NCBI GenBank assembly: GCA_038208905.1
Contig: JBBQYG010000037.1
Coordinates: forward strand, 1-28,815
DNA length: 28,815 bases
Direction of reading: 5' to 3'
Source: Candidatus Sumerlaeia bacterium
GTDB lineage: Bacteria; Sumerlaeota; Sumerlaeia; SLMS01
A model generated the notes under the pieces. That model was not told the DNA's origin. It did no database searches and worked only from the letters and a program-made list of their open reading frames with translations. Shown here in pieces: positions 27,887 through 28,815 of the stretch. How positions within the stretch are numbered: position 1 is the stretch's first letter; each line of letters starts with the position of its first letter. The position numbers were made by a program, and so were the translations under genes.

Positions 27887-28815
27887 ATGGCATCGAACGA
27901 ACTGGCGGATATTCCCGTGACCACTCCACCACTTCCGGTAGGTGATCGCCCTGCGACGCGCCATGCGGCGTATATACACCGTTGGTGCTTTGTCGCGCTG
28001 CTGATGCTGATAGTCTCCGCGCTTCGCGGGATTCGTTTTCCCAACGCCTGGTCCTACACTCACTTCCTCTTCGACTACCGTTTCGGATTTATCCGGCGGG
28101 GCGCGGTGGGCGAACTCGCGCGACTGACCGGGATTCAATTCTTGCGAGACTATACTTTCTTCAGCGCGCTAGGATTTCTCCTCCTCGGCGCCATCCTCCT
28201 GTTGGTTGGCCATGCGATGGTCGTGTTGATCAGAACGGGCGATCATGCCCTGACCGCCTGCTGCCTGCTGCTCGCGTCCAGTCTTTGCATCGTCAACTAT
28301 TGCCACTTCGTCGGATACCTGGACCATATCGGGCTGCTGATCGTCCTGGCGAGCCTGTATATACGAAAGTTCTGGCACAAGTTCCTCCTCCTTTTTCCAT
28401 CACTGTTTCTCGCCATGCTGGCGCATGAGGGCATCATGGTCATGTACCTCCCCGTCGCCGTGATGTCCCTCGTTTTCGCCATGAACGGGAACAGGAGCCC
28501 GCGCCGCGTATGCGCGGTGGGATTGGGTTGCGCCGTGCTGGTTGGCCTAGCGCTGTTCCTCGATAGGTCGTCGCTCGATCAGGCGACCGCCGAGCGTTTC
28601 CACTCGCAGGCGCAGGAGCAGACCGAGGTCACGCTGAGGAGCGACGCTTTCGAGACACTCTATCGCAGCTCCGCCGAGAATCGCCGCATCATGGCGGAAG
28701 TGTGGTCGGGGAAGTCCTACTTTATCGTATTTTGCCTGACGCTCTCCGTCGCGCTCCCCAGCGCGGCCTTCATCATTTGGGCAGCATTCCGCATCCTCCG
28801 TGCGTCGGGATCGCC
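27887..28815 (+). CDS. Polytopic membrane protein, possibly GT-C-like; 3'-truncated by window edge (not in ORF track)
   Basis: Open frame read manually: MASNELADIP...RWCFVALLMLIVSALRG...THFLFDYRFGFIRRGAVGE...VGYLDH...MLAHEG..., with several hydrophobic segments and no stop before the window end. Confidence 0.75.
   Translation, partial: MASNELADIPVTTPPLPVGDRPATRHAAYIHRWCFVALLMLIVSALRGIRFPNAWSYTHFLFDYRFGFIRRGAVGELARLTGIQFLRDYTFFSALGFLLLGAILLLVGHAMVVLIRTGDHALTACCLLLASSLCIVNYCHFVGYLDHIGLLIVLASLYIRKFWHKFLLLFPSLFLAMLAHEGIMVMYLPVAVMSLVFAMNGNRSPRRVCAVGLGCAVLVGLALFLDRSSLDQATAERFHSQAQEQTEVTLRSDAFETLYRSSAENRRIMAEVWSGKSYFIVFCLTLSVALPSAAFIIWAAFRILRASGS

Overview
High-GC bacterial window dominated by the core translation cluster, all on the + strand: tuf, then the S10, spc and alpha operons (rpsJ to rplQ, including secY, adk, map, infA, rpmJ and rpoA; 4288-21986). 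Left of it are the 3' part of an aldo/keto reductase gene, a repeat-rich intergenic region and a membrane-anchored TPR protein gene. Right of it are a 585-aa double-SIS protein, a Pho-box-preceded pstSCAB operon and a truncated polytopic membrane protein gene. Main observations: (1) the 22118-23875 protein looks collinear over its full length with eukaryotic glucokinase regulatory protein (GKRP/GCKR) rather than ordinary ~300-aa MurQ, and keeps one composite set of etherase catalytic motifs; (2) tuf is detached from rpsL-rpsG-fusA and follows a ~385-nt multi-domain structured leader with GNRA tetraloops that I cannot assign to a known RNA class; (3) rpsN (S14) is missing from the spc operon and S4 is the Zn-free type; (4) there is a ~330-bp REPIN-like inverted repeat beside a 22-bp-period triple direct repeat, and a 9-bp CCCGYYKTT repeat family at two loci. 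Ribosomal proteins are divergent and often extended, suggesting a poorly characterised lineage; taxonomy is not assignable from the sequence alone. Homology calls are by motif recognition from memory; no searches were run.
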